Below are positions 38,291 through 49,250 of a stretch of 64,000 bases of DNA, in pieces. The notes below the pieces were generated by a model. The model was not told the origin of the DNA and made no database searches. It saw only the letters and a list, made by a program, of their open reading frames with translations. This DNA is from Gracilinanus agilis (Eukaryota). Where the stretch lies: assembly GCF_016433145.1 (NCBI RefSeq), contig NC_058130.1:121022412-121086411 (forward strand), read 5' to 3'. Numbering within the stretch: the first letter of the stretch is position 1; every line of letters begins with the position of its first letter. The translations under genes were made by a program, and so were the position numbers.

Positions 38291-39429
38291 CAAATGCCAA
38301 TTATATTTTTATTCAATATATGATACTCTTTGGATTATCTTTATAGCATAGATAATAATAAATATTAAATAACTTCTATGAAAAGTTGTTCATAAATTAC
38401 GTGATTTTTTTTCTTTTTTCCTTCCAGTCATCAAAGAATCATATAAGATAACCATTTTTTGAGTCTTTCTTGAAGCTTTCAAACTAACTTTTAGAAATAA
38501 GATTAGTTAATTCAGGAATCGAATATACAATCATTAAGTTATTACATACTGTGTACAACAGACACTAATTATGTGTTAGTTGTAAAATAGTCATTAATGA
38601 CTGGAAAAGTTAGGTTTAAAAATAGTCATTTTTTCTGTTGTTTTGGCCATGTGGAGTAAACAATAAGGGAGAATTTATTGCATTTCTATGGATTTACATC
38701 TGGGATGACAAAAAAATCTAAATAGAAGAATTAAAACACCACCAATAACTTATCCCTCCCAAACGTGACTAGTTGTGTTTTCTCATTAGTGGCAGCATAC
38801 CCCATTGCTGCAGTTTTTGATTTACAACCTGAAATAGGCTTTGAAATATATAATAGAACATCTTTAATTAAATCCCCCAAACTCACATTCAGGGATAAAT
38901 AATAATCCATCAGCTATTTCATTCTCTAACAGTACCCAAGAGAACTTGACAGTCTTAATCACTTCAGCCATTTATACCTTCATTTTAGCTTTATTTCAGT
39001 GAAGCTGTTTAGCAGAGTTTATCTAAATGACTGTATCTTTTTTTCTTATCACACGTCTGAAGCGGTAACACAGAAACTAATTTCAGGTGCAAAATAGAAT
39101 ATCTCAGAAGCACAGACATCAGTGGCATAGGCATATTGGAATGAAAAGTTACCTGCTGTCACTAGTGGATATTTGTCTCTGTAATGAGCAGAGGCCGTCG
39201 GGAATGGTGGCTATAATAAAATCCATGGCTACTGCAAAATTCTAACACTTCAAAAGGATGTACACATCTTTTCATCCATTGGCATTTTCTGGTCTCTGCA
39301 AGTGAATACTTTCTCACTAAAGCATATAGAATAAGGGGAAGAGATTCTCCCCAACAGTAATAAGCACTCTTGATGATGCTAAGTGAATAGGAAAGTCCCA
39401 TGGTACACAGCAAAGTGTTACTACTAAAG

Positions 39430-39633
39430 CAGCGATGGGCAAACTTTTTAAAGAGGGGGCCAAAGGAAAGGAAATGCTCATCTGTCAGTCTGTTTCTAAG
39501 GCAACTCTTTCAAAGTGTCATTGTATTGTAGCCTACTCATTGTATTCGTCATATTAGGAATAATGTCGTGCAGCTGAAAAGAACATTTCAGGGAGCTGCA
39601 TCTGGCCAGCTGACCATAGTTTGCCTATCACTG
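39430..39633 (+). mobile_element. hAT MITE, OposCharlie3a-like (204 bp)
   Basis: TIRs cagcgatgggcaaact / agtttgcctatcactg; perfect 8-bp TSD tactaaag (39422-39429, 39634-39641). Confidence 0.95.
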
Positions 39634-40059
39634 TACTAAAGCAATTATAACATCTATAATAATCATCATACATATGGCATAGATTTAGAAAGGTTCACTG
39701 GAAAGCTAATAGCTTCTACTACATTTCTTTTTTTTTTTCACACAAATAATTCTAAGTTTTAAAGTCAATAACTGGAATGTTATATGCCTACAGAGTAACA
39801 CTTTTCTGTTCCAACCATAAATTATTCCAAGCTTCAAATCCAAAATTAAAAATTTAAGATTAAAACTTTAATGACACTTCTCTAAAGGAGTTTCCTTTGA
39901 AACTAGATCCTTGGTTTAAATCAGAGGTTAATGTAATCATTAAATATTAGATTTAGACAAGGCCATTGGGATCATTTGATCCTCAACCTCAAATATATTG
40001 AAGATCTCATTGATTTAACCACTGTAGAGATCATAGCCTATGCAAGCTAATTCTTCTCT

Positions 40060-40690
40060 TATGACTTTTAAGGTTGTTTTCCTATAAATTCTTCACAAAG
40101 TGTCCATGAAATATGCTAATTATTCTTCTTTCATTCTCTTGAATTTGAGATATCAATAAAGCATGGGGTTGTTCATTGGTTGTCTCTCAGTATTGCTAGA
40201 TGAGTTGCCTATTTTTTTCTGTTTGTACATTTCTCTGTTGACAGTACTTTATATAACTTCTTCTGTTGTTAATATATGGTAGCATACTCACATGCAATCT
40301 GCGCTTTTCCATTTCCTCCTGGAGAACTCACAATTTCAGTTTTATAAATATAATAGGATCCCAAGATTCACAGATGGACAGCATCAGCATCATCATATTT
40401 ATAGGGAAAAATATTAAGTCTTCATTTCAGGGAGAAACCCAAGGTCTATAAAATCAGTGTATAGTTTTATAATGGTATATAGCCTCACCACCTTCTGTTT
40501 AATTATGGATCTAACTCTTTTTCTATTTGCAATGTCTCTCCCAAATTCATTTGAGTTCTAGATGAGTTCTAGAGGTTGAAAAAACTAGAATATTATAGTC
40601 ACCATAAGAGATATTCTTCATCCATTTGGTTTTTCCTGTGTGAATAGTAAGGGTAAACACATTATAATGCTGATGAATCCCTTTTAACAC
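40060..40690 (-). mobile_element. RTE LINE ORF 3' fragment
   Basis: Minus strand gives LTIHTGKTKWMKN, then CESWD..KLKL.V.Q..ME.R, then the RTE C-terminal region. Confidence 0.8.
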
Positions 40691-40699
40691 ATTCTGAAA

Positions 40700-40840
40700 T
40701 TGCTCCGTAGGAGATTCATAATCATTTGGTCTCAATCTCTCATAGATAAGGAAGCTGAAGCCCTCAGATGGTGTATGTAACTTGCCTATGGCCACACATT
40801 ATAAATGGTAGAGTAAGTGCTGTGATTTGATTCCAAGCTT
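40700..40840 (-). mobile_element. MIR fragment
   Basis: ctcatagataaggaagctgaagccctcagatgg...aacttgcctatggccacac. Confidence 0.65.
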
Positions 40841-42019
40841 TTGCTGTTTTGTTTTATTTTATTTTATTTTCTCTCTACAACATTATCTTCCTAAGCATGT
40901 GTGAAAAGGCATTGGGGAAGGATTCATTTGTTTCTTGGATCTAGGCCACTTTGAAATAACACATAGAGGAAGTAAAATTCCCTGCAACTTATTGGTCCAT
41001 GCTGTTGAATTCTTAGATACACTGTTTCCATCTGCACAAACCCCATTTTCATTCTGTGATAATTTCCCTCCCTGGCCATATCTAACCCCATTGAAAACAG
41101 GAACATGGGGCATTTCCATTTCCTCCCTGAAAGCTCTGTTGACTCTCCTGGCTGTCTTTTCGTGTCTCTAGGCCACTGAATTCTATTCCTCAGCATGCCA
41201 ACAAATTGCCTCATTCCACTTGCCTGTGCGGCAATCTGCTTGATGAAAATGAGCCTTATTTTATGGAGCAGAAAAAAAACCCAACTACATTATACTTGTA
41301 CACACCCAGTGCTGAGCATCTAGTTTCTGCCTCCAAGTTCTGCCATGCCACATATCTTGGGAAAATGGGCACCATTATTTCTGCTTTCCCAAACGTGGGC
41401 TTAAGAAGTCTCACTCTCTATAGTTCATAAGGTTTCTATTGTTAAGCACACAGTGCAAATCCTCAATGGACTGTGAATGTCCCATCAATTGATTGTATTC
41501 ATTGTTCCATTAAGCCTGAATGATGCTATAAAACTATTCACAAAATCATTTAAGTAAGGTAATTAAAATGCATGTGTTTTGCAGTTATTAATATTGAAGT
41601 ATTAATTCGGTTCTTTATGCTATTTTTCTCTGAATTTTCTGATATCAGTGACACAGATTTTGAATACTGCGCCATATCCTAAGAGGTGTGACTAGGACTT
41701 TTCTCCAAGACACCTCTTTCTCCCATGTCATTCCTCTTTCCTATAGTAGACTACCAACAAGCCATCTCCAAGGTTCATCAATCTCTACTGTCCTGACATG
41801 CCATAACCATACACTCTCTCTTGCCCATACCCAAGGTGCTACCCCAAAGTGCCATCTTGGTGTGAATATATTTTTCTTTTTGTAGCTTTTATTGAAGCCT
41901 TTGCAGAGCAATGGAGTTGCATTTTCCCAGTCCCACAGTATCCTCTTCCATCTTCCTATTATTAGAGTTCCAATTTCTGTCCATTGTTACCAACTTGCAG
42001 ACCCTTACCTTTAAAAGCA

Positions 42020-42240
42020 TGTTGTTCTAGGGTCTCTCCCTCCTTAGGATATCATGTATCAAAGTTCAATGTCTCTTCTTAGGTACATTCCACTATTGTT
42101 GAATTTGCTCCATAGACCAGAATTCTTAGCTTAAAGTTCTGAGTACATGGGTGATGATGTTGTTCTATTATGATGTTCCAAAATGTGAGCATTTGTGACA
42201 ACCTTTAAATATTAAGTCCTGATAGCATCCAGAAGCCCAC
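42020..42240 (-). mobile_element. Ancient RTE-like RT fragment
   Basis: GLLDAIRT*YLKV and VLRTLS*EFWSMEQIQQ*WNVPKK resemble the RTE RT N-terminus (GGDGIP.ELF..., VLHSICQQIWKTQQWP.DW...IPKKG). Confidence 0.35.
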
Positions 42241-42319
42241 AGTTTTCAGGAGTTTCAGGTATGATCATTCAAAAATATTGTTCTGCCTTGCTATATTAAT
42301 TATATACTATTTTCCTTTC

Positions 42320-42660
42320 AATTCAATAAACTTATTAAATACTTATTATGTATAAAGATTGGTGCTAGAGAATAGAGTAAAAAACTAAAAAATGGGGTCT
42401 ATGCATTTTAAAAGGATTAAAGTCTAGTAAGACACATGTAAAAATATTTAATGCAAAAATAGAAGCTGATACAGACAAATAAGAGCACAGCTATGTAGCC
42501 TTAAAAGGTCAAAGTGGAAGACATCATTTTCTTATGGCAAAACCAAGGAAGACTTACAGAAATTGTCATTTAAATTGAGTCTTAAGGAAAGAGTGGGACT
42601 TAACAGATGAAGATAAAATGGGAGAAATTATCTTCTAGGTATTAGGTACAGGCAGAATGA
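42320..42660 (-). mobile_element. L2 3' fragment
   Basis: caataaacttattaaatacttattatgtataaagattggtgctagag..., tttaaattgagtcttaaggaaagagtggg. Confidence 0.6.
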
Positions 42661-42789
42661 GGAAAAACCTGGATCGTTTATAGTAATCACCTGTAAACCA
42701 CTTGCCCCTACAGTGAAATGAAAAGTTAATCCAGCAAACTAATCCTATTTTTCCACCTCATCAATTATTCCATCTTATAAAATTGTTAA

Positions 42790-42839
42790 TGAGTCAGAGA
42801 AAGTATGAGTCACAATACCCGTATTTCCAGGAATTCCCC
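42790..42839. promoter_or_regulatory. Candidate signal-responsive enhancer motif cluster (AP-1 x2, STAT/GAS, NF-kB)
   Basis: TGAGTCA 42790-42796 and 42806-42812; TTCCAGGAA 42825-42833; GGAATTCCCC (GGGGAATTCC on minus) 42830-42839; not inside a recognisable repeat. Confidence 0.4.
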
Positions 42840-43895
42840 AAGTTTCTTTTCATTCATTGGCAACTGTAAAAATCTGTATCCCCTACATTAGCATGTATAA
42901 TACTTGGCTAGTTTTTTTTTTAAATTTTATTTCCAAATAAATCATTACTTGCCACATCTTTAGGGGGAAAGTGTGTGTTTAGGTGATGTATGCTCAGGTG
43001 GAGAGAGGAGAGAAAGCATACAAAAATTTGAAGGGAAGCTCTGGCTTTATTTCATTGTTCACTTCTTAGGAATTGTTAATATGTTTGACAAACCTCAGAC
43101 TTCATATTTTTAACTTGGTTAAATGAAATTTGGCTCTAACATGTATTTCATTTAGACTATCCACTTAAACCTGAATACTTGATTTTTGTGCATGTCCTAC
43201 ACTGTAGCAACCTAAGTTAATCCTTTCAGGGGGAAAGCTAAATGGAAAGGATTTATGAAATTATTGTGGCCTTTATACTTGGGAAAATACTGCCTATTTC
43301 ACATTTAATGACTAGATCTGAAACTTAAAATGTTATGTAGTACTTCAACATATTTAATGTTTAATTAACGTTAGTAGTTATACTAAAATTAAAGATACCA
43401 GCCTACATTTCTTCCTCTGTACTCTAGTTTAGATATATGGCATATTTACATTCATCTGCATATTAATATCTACATATATCTATATGAATGAATAACATAT
43501 GTTTACTCATAATGTAGACTCATTAAAACTGTTATTTGCAAGTAACTTACTTATACAAATTACTTAATTACTGTCTCTAGAAATTTCTATTTAAAAATAT
43601 ATCAATTTCCTCTCAATTTGTTATTCAGTTTAAAATTTAAAATATAATTTAATTATATTTATTGTTATATTAAAATGTCTCATGGAAACAATAATATACT
43701 AAAAACTGATTCTTTATAGCCAAATCTTACTTTTTTCAGTGGAAAGGGAGTATTCCTTCTCATGTATCATACCAAGCTGCATCTACTTAAGAGAGTTTAT
43801 AAATTACATACTGATTCATATTAACATTTATATTTTATTTCCAAATAAGCCACCATTTACACTATGTAAAGATTAGAATGGGTGGTCACCAAAAT

Positions 43896-44270
43896 TGTAA
43901 TTAATCCTTAAGTCACAAGACTGTTAATAGCTAGATTTATTAGTAAGAAAAACAAAATAAGAGAGAAATATAGAAAGGAGGTAAAGAATTTCCTAGCCTA
44001 ATAACTCAGTGTCTATCTCTGAATCTCAGCCTCAGTAAACAACAACCCCACCTCCTGGGTCTCATCTTATAAGTCCTCACTATACCCACTAGCTCTCTTA
44101 CATCACTCCCCAGGAGCCAATCACAATTCCTCAATTAGCCTGGCACCACCCAGGAAGGTAGTGCCTGTGGGATCAATTCCCTGGTTTCTGATTGACTCAA
44201 ATTAAAAACAAACAAAAGGGAAGTCTAAATATCTGATTGATCAAATAAAAATACAAATTCCCTTCTCACA
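43896..44270 (-). mobile_element. 3' LTR of provirus (plus 31-nt extension 43865-43895)
   Basis: Aligns to 48647-49037; on minus TGTGAGAAGG start, CCAAT-type boxes, TATAAGA, AATAAA about 35 nt before AATTACA. Confidence 0.92.
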
Positions 44271-44797
44271 ATCACCCTGTGATTCTGTTGGGAGATGAGG
44301 ATATTGAAATCTCCTCAATTGAGGGTCTTGGGAGATTAACATGCCTAGTTTCCTCAATGAATCATTTCAGATAACCAATGTATATCTCTAAGGATTCTCC
44401 CACTAAAGGTGTATAAAACATTGCCCTTTTTAAGAGGAAAGTATAGCAACCTGGGAACAAGAGGGAAATTTAAAAAAAGAAAACAAAAATAGTAATTAAT
44501 AGACTCACTGACAAAAAAGCCAATTAGGGGGCAGTCTTATTGGCATAAGAGTTTACATTCAGAATAAATGTGTTTAGCCTCCTTCAGTTCAGTTCATTCT
44601 GGATCTCTTGATGCAGCATGTGATTTCTGCAGGCATCTCCAAAGCACACTCTTCTAAAGATTAGTCTTCCTGGTTTGTTTTATTAGCTAGCTACTTCTAC
44701 TAATATTCCTCCAAAAGATTTCAAACTCTGAAATTTTAGGACAACCATCAAACAATTTCCCCTGAGGAGGGTGCTGACCAACACCAGGATTAGCCCA

Positions 44798-44843
44798 TAA
44801 TAATTATAATAATAACAATAATAATAATAATAATAATAGTAAT
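44798..44843. repeat. (AAT)n microsatellite inside the ERV
   Basis: Direct inspection. Confidence 0.9.
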
Positions 44844-45659
44844 ATAAGCTTAAAAAAGAATAAAAAACTCACAACAAGTCCTTGGATCACTAACAAGACC
44901 CAATTAAAACAATTTATGTCCTACAAACCTACAGGACAAATACAACAAAAATGTACTTACTCAGTGGCATCCAGGACTACAGAAAATTCCCATATTATAA
45001 AAGATAAAAAAGGACTAAATTCTGATGTAAAAGGGAAATATGATTCCCTGCTCTGATTTTATCTTCAATCTTAGGGATAGTGGAGCCAAAATGGCAGTCA
45101 AACTAAGGTACTTGTCTGAATGTGGCACAGGAGAGTCTAGTGTCTGACATCAAATAGCCACTTCCTCAAACCTTAAATAAGTCCTCTGTCTTGGTGCAAA
45201 TCCTCATCAATCTTACAGGGATTGTTGGTCTCCTTGACTTTGTGCTTCTTGGCACTGTTCAGTAGCTCTTTTGTAGTCCCTTCTTTTGGAATCAGACACA
45301 ATGAATAAAATTCCCATAAAATTTTACTATCAATGGCAAGTTTCTATAGTCTAAAACTTTTGGGTATGCATTGATATTAGGGCTAATGAATATTATAAAT
45401 TAATTATTTAAAATGAAAAACATTAATAATAATTCTATCTACTTCAAGTACAAGAAAATAATAAGAGAAGAAAAATTCAAATATTCTATTGCAAATAAAA
45501 GTAATTATAAAAATATTCAGGAATTCACTGTATTAGTCAAAACAGTGTCCAACTTGTATATGGACTTCTATATATGGCATTATTTCCAGTCCAGTCATAG
45601 GAGAAGGGTACAATTAAAGACAATTAATAACAGGATACAGCTAATCAGTGTTGATAGAA

Positions 45660-45830
45660 GGAGCCCATTTTACATGTGAGCAATGAATCCAGGAGGCCTT
45701 TTTTTTCTGATTTTAATAGCTGTTGGAGTGGTTAACAGTACTTGAAACAAGCAGGTTGAATTACTCCAGTACTCTGGAAGTTATTTATGTAAACCTTGTC
45801 TCCTGGGTGAAATTCATAGAATGAGAATCT
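45660..45830 (-). pseudogene. ERV integrase C-terminal domain remnant
   Basis: FHPGDKVYI...FQVLLTTPTAIKI...WIHCSHVK, matching MLV-type IN (FQPGDSVWV...YTVLLTTPTALKV...WIHAAHVK); frameshifted. Confidence 0.85.
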
Positions 45831-46639
45831 ATAGGTCCTGCTTATACTGCTGATCAAGACCTTTTGGGTCTAGAATGTTACCAAGAACCTAGATTACCAT
45901 CCCAGTTGGAAGGGTAGAGTAAGCTGAAAAGTTAAAAAATATAAAATTATCCAAGGGTCACCAAACCTTATGGGAAATCATCCCTCCTCTGGGAGCTATC
46001 CAATGGTCACCAAGCCCCATATTTTAATCCTTCTCACCTCCAAGAACCATCCAGGGGTCACCAAGGCTCATGGGAAATCCTCCCACCTGTGGGATGAGAT
46101 TGTAACAGCCATAAAAGGCATGCATTTATATATCCCATCCATTGCAGAGGTGAGGAGTACGATAAATGAGGAGGTGGGGAATACAATAGTGCTTCACTTT
46201 GTCACCCATACATTTATTACTACTCAAGTCAAAGGTAGGCAAAGGATCAGTCAGTGGTAGTGTCACTCCTAGATGTTGGAAAATCATTTCTGAAAACCTG
46301 TTAAACTCAATTAGGATTCATGGCTTATTAAATTTTTTAAAGGTCACTATTGTAGACTGTAACATATATAAGAATTCTTCAGTAATTGGGGAGGGGGGAC
46401 AAACTGAAACACTAATAAGCAATGGAGTCTGATAAGATTTAAAATTCACCTCCAGGTTCTTTGAGGTTCCTTCCCCTCCCAAATACCATCATTCATCCAG
46501 ATTTCTTTGGTTATATCTGTGGGGTCCCCCATGTTGAGGGGGATCTTCACTCTGAGAATAGTATGAGAAAACCTTATTTTGGGTGTTTTGGTGTGTGTCT
46601 TAATTTGCCTCATTTGAATTATTATTTCTATATTAGTTT

Positions 46640-47420
46640 CTACTTCCTATAGTTCATCATTATGTGACTCCTTTTCCCACAAAATTAACACATTAGTGGT
46701 TGATTTGTGGATTCTTGCAAAGAGGCTATGGCCATTCCTTGATTTTTTTTCTTTTTCAATTTTTTCAGTTAAAATTTTTATTTCCTTCCTTAATGCCTCC
46801 AATAAGTAACTATTGTCTTCATCTCTTTTTCACGGCCCCCAAAGACATAAACTGCTACTCTTCTTAATTCTTCTAGATCCATATTATTTCAGTTTGGGCA
46901 GTTAGTCTTAAAAGAGTCCTTAATCACCTTACAGCAGTTTTTCACAAACTGTCTTCTTATTTGTCTGACATCCATTTCTCTGGAAAGATCCAGGTCTATA
47001 TATCTACTTCCTAGCTCAATGAACCTGTCTGTAAACTGGGAGAGGCATCATGTTTTTGATTAATACTTTCAAATTTTCTCCATGTACCAGGCCTATCAGA
47101 ACAAGCTCTCACTGCTTTTAGTAATGCCATCCTAGCCAAACATAATTGTAAGTCATCTCCTACATTCAAATTCCATTTTGGGTCTTCCTTTGGCCAATGA
47201 ATTGTTCCCCTTCCCTGGGACTCATTAACAAGAGAAAAGATTTTATTTCTTTCTCTTTCTGTAAGAAAGGTTTGAAGAAATTTTCTACATTAATACATGT
47301 GGGATCATAAGTATAATAATTTTTTAAAGCTTTTTATGATTATAATGGGATCATCTTCAAAGGAAGATGTATTTGCCTTGAATCTCTTGATATCTTGTGG
47401 AGTGAAAAGTATATGTTGTT
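46640..47420 (-). pseudogene. ERV gag remnant (capsid plus nucleocapsid)
   Basis: PQDIKRFKANTSSFEDDP / YDPT / LQTFLTERER...WPKEDPKWN...LLKAVRACSDRPGTWRKFESINQKHDASPS / DRFIELGSRYIDLD, colinear with gammaretroviral p30; degenerate C*FCGKRSH zinc knuckle near 46650-46690. Confidence 0.85.
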
Positions 47421-48624
47421 CAATATTCACTAAATTCCCTCACTTATTCTAAGTTTTTATGTCTTTGCAATGGAGTTTGGGGTGAAGGGATGAGGAGGAG
47501 GGGGAGGGACAGGAGGAGACATAGTTTGGATGAGGGAGAGTTTGTTTGGGTAGGGTGAGAGGTAGTTTGGATAGAATGAGAGATGGTCTGAGCAGAACAA
47601 GAGATGGTTTGAGCAAGATGAGATGTGCATTTTTCAAGGTATTCTGTCCAAGGCTTGAGATCAATCAAGCTAGCTTTCCATTGGTTTTTCTTGGGGAGGA
47701 ATGGGTAAACTATTTGGTAAATTTGAAGGTATCCTATCAGTACAATTACACCCAGAAATAGTCATAAACAAAGACAATCCAAAATTGTGAGCTGTGGGAG
47801 CTCAGTAATTCTCTCCAGGAATGAGAGTTGCTTGGGATAGTCAAGAAACTGCTCTTTCACAATGTGGGCCATGATTTTAAGCACCATACTTAGTCATATA
47901 TTTAGGTAGATAGGTAAAACCTTCAGAGTATAGCCTGAGTTCAGCTAAGAAGGTTACAGGTTTTGGGTATAAAGCACAGGCTGTGGGCTTTTTGGATTTT
48001 CCCCTTATAGGCTCTGAAAGCTTCTTAGGGTTAAGGGAGAAGTTTTATTTATCTTACTTCTGCTCTCCCTAAGTGCTTCACCTCCACACTTAAGCCAATG
48101 CTAGAGGCATGTGGGGGCTCATGAAAAGCCTTAAAGAAAAAGCAGACTCCAAGGAGTAGAGTTCTGGGCTGTGAGATAGTAGCTTGTGGGAGCAGGATAT
48201 CCTTTCCCAAGGCAGGGAGTCAGGGAAGTGAAAAATGTACCCCCAACCCCACCAGGTGAAGCCTTGAGGGAGCTTATTATTGCTAAAAAACCACCTGGCT
48301 TATCAGGCTGTGGCAAGCACTCAGCTGTTCTTAAAGGGAAACATTATCTCCCCTGTCTAGGCAGAACTCTCAGGGAATCAGAAGTATTTGGGAGGCAACA
48401 GCAGCACAGTTCATGCATAGAAGCGAAAGGGGCTTCCAAACTGCTCCATAGCACTAGACCAACAGCTGTAGCTGTGAGGCTAAATCTGCCCCAGTCTATC
48501 CCAAACTGTTCTACCAACTTAAAGAGGAATAAAAACTCCTAACTCTAGAATTTAGCTACTAACAAGCCTACTCAAAAATAACTTGGGGAGAGAAAAAGTA
48601 CTCAAGAAAATGAAAGTACCTATT

Positions 48625-48642
48625 ATCCCTTTGTGGTTGCCA
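48625..48642 (-). promoter_or_regulatory. Primer-binding site, tRNA-Arg(TCG) type
   Basis: Minus strand TGGCAACCACAAAGGGAT, 4 nt inside the LTR end; 17/18 complementary to the mammalian tRNA-Arg-TCG 3' end as I recall it (...ATCCCTTCGTGGTTG-CCA), with the mismatch at a CpG. Confidence 0.8.
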
Positions 48643-48646
48643 AAAT

Positions 48647-49037
48647 TGTAATTAACCCTTAAGTCACAAGACTATTAATAGCTAGATTTATTAGTAAGAA
48701 AAATAAAATAAGAGAAATATAGAAAGGAAGTGAAGAATTTCCTAGCCTAATAATCCAGAGCCTAAGAACTCAGTGTCTGTCTCTGAATCTCAGCCTCAGA
48801 AAACAATAAACCCCCAACCTTCCTGCTGTGTCTCATCTTATAAATCCTCACTATATCCACTAGCTCTCTTACATCATTCCCCAGGAACCAATCACAATTC
48901 CTCAAATAGCCTAGCACCACCAAGGAGGGCAGAGCCAGTGGGATCAATTCCATGGTTTCTGATTGACCCAAATTCAAAACAACTGGAAGAGAAGTCTAAA
49001 TCTCTGATCAAATCAAAACACAAATTCTCTTCTCACA
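48647..49037 (-). mobile_element. 5' LTR of provirus
   Basis: Direct repeat of 43896-44270 with a 15-bp extra segment; followed on minus by the PBS. Confidence 0.92.
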
Positions 49038-49124
49038 ACTATATTAATGTATATACATTATTTATTAATATGATATTCCATAGGAAATATAGTTACTGAG
49101 CAGTAGAAAAATTATAAAGATTAA

Positions 49125-49250
49125 CAGGATCATTGTTTCATACTAAAGAATTAGAGGAAACTCAAGATGTCATCTAGATGAAGCATCTTACTTTACAGAT
49201 GAGGAAAATGAAGCCCAAATGTGGTTAAGTGATTTGTCTGAGCAACATTT
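49125..49250 (-). mobile_element. MIR fragment
   Basis: gtcatctagatgaagcatcttactttacagatgaggaaaatgaagccc...ggttaagtgatttgtc. Confidence 0.7.

Larger units (their letters stand above)
43865..49037 (-). mobile_element. Gamma-like (ERV1) provirus, two LTRs, pol-deleted
   Basis: Direct repeats 43896-44270 and 48647-49037; PBS; gag capsid and zinc-knuckle remnants; integrase C-terminus; TG...CA ends; 4-bp TSD acta (43861-43864, 49038-49041). Confidence 0.93.

Noticed and set aside
44271-45680. env gene in the ERV 3' region
   Set aside because: No ORF, CxxC, furin site or ISU/CX6CC motif seen; the plus-strand ORF 45413-45679 is AT-rich noise.
47700-47900. Glyco-Gag-like transmembrane leader (LFLGVIVLIGYL)
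   Set aside because: Interrupted by a stop and the frame link to gag cannot be established; hydrophobic runs arise easily in T-rich DNA.
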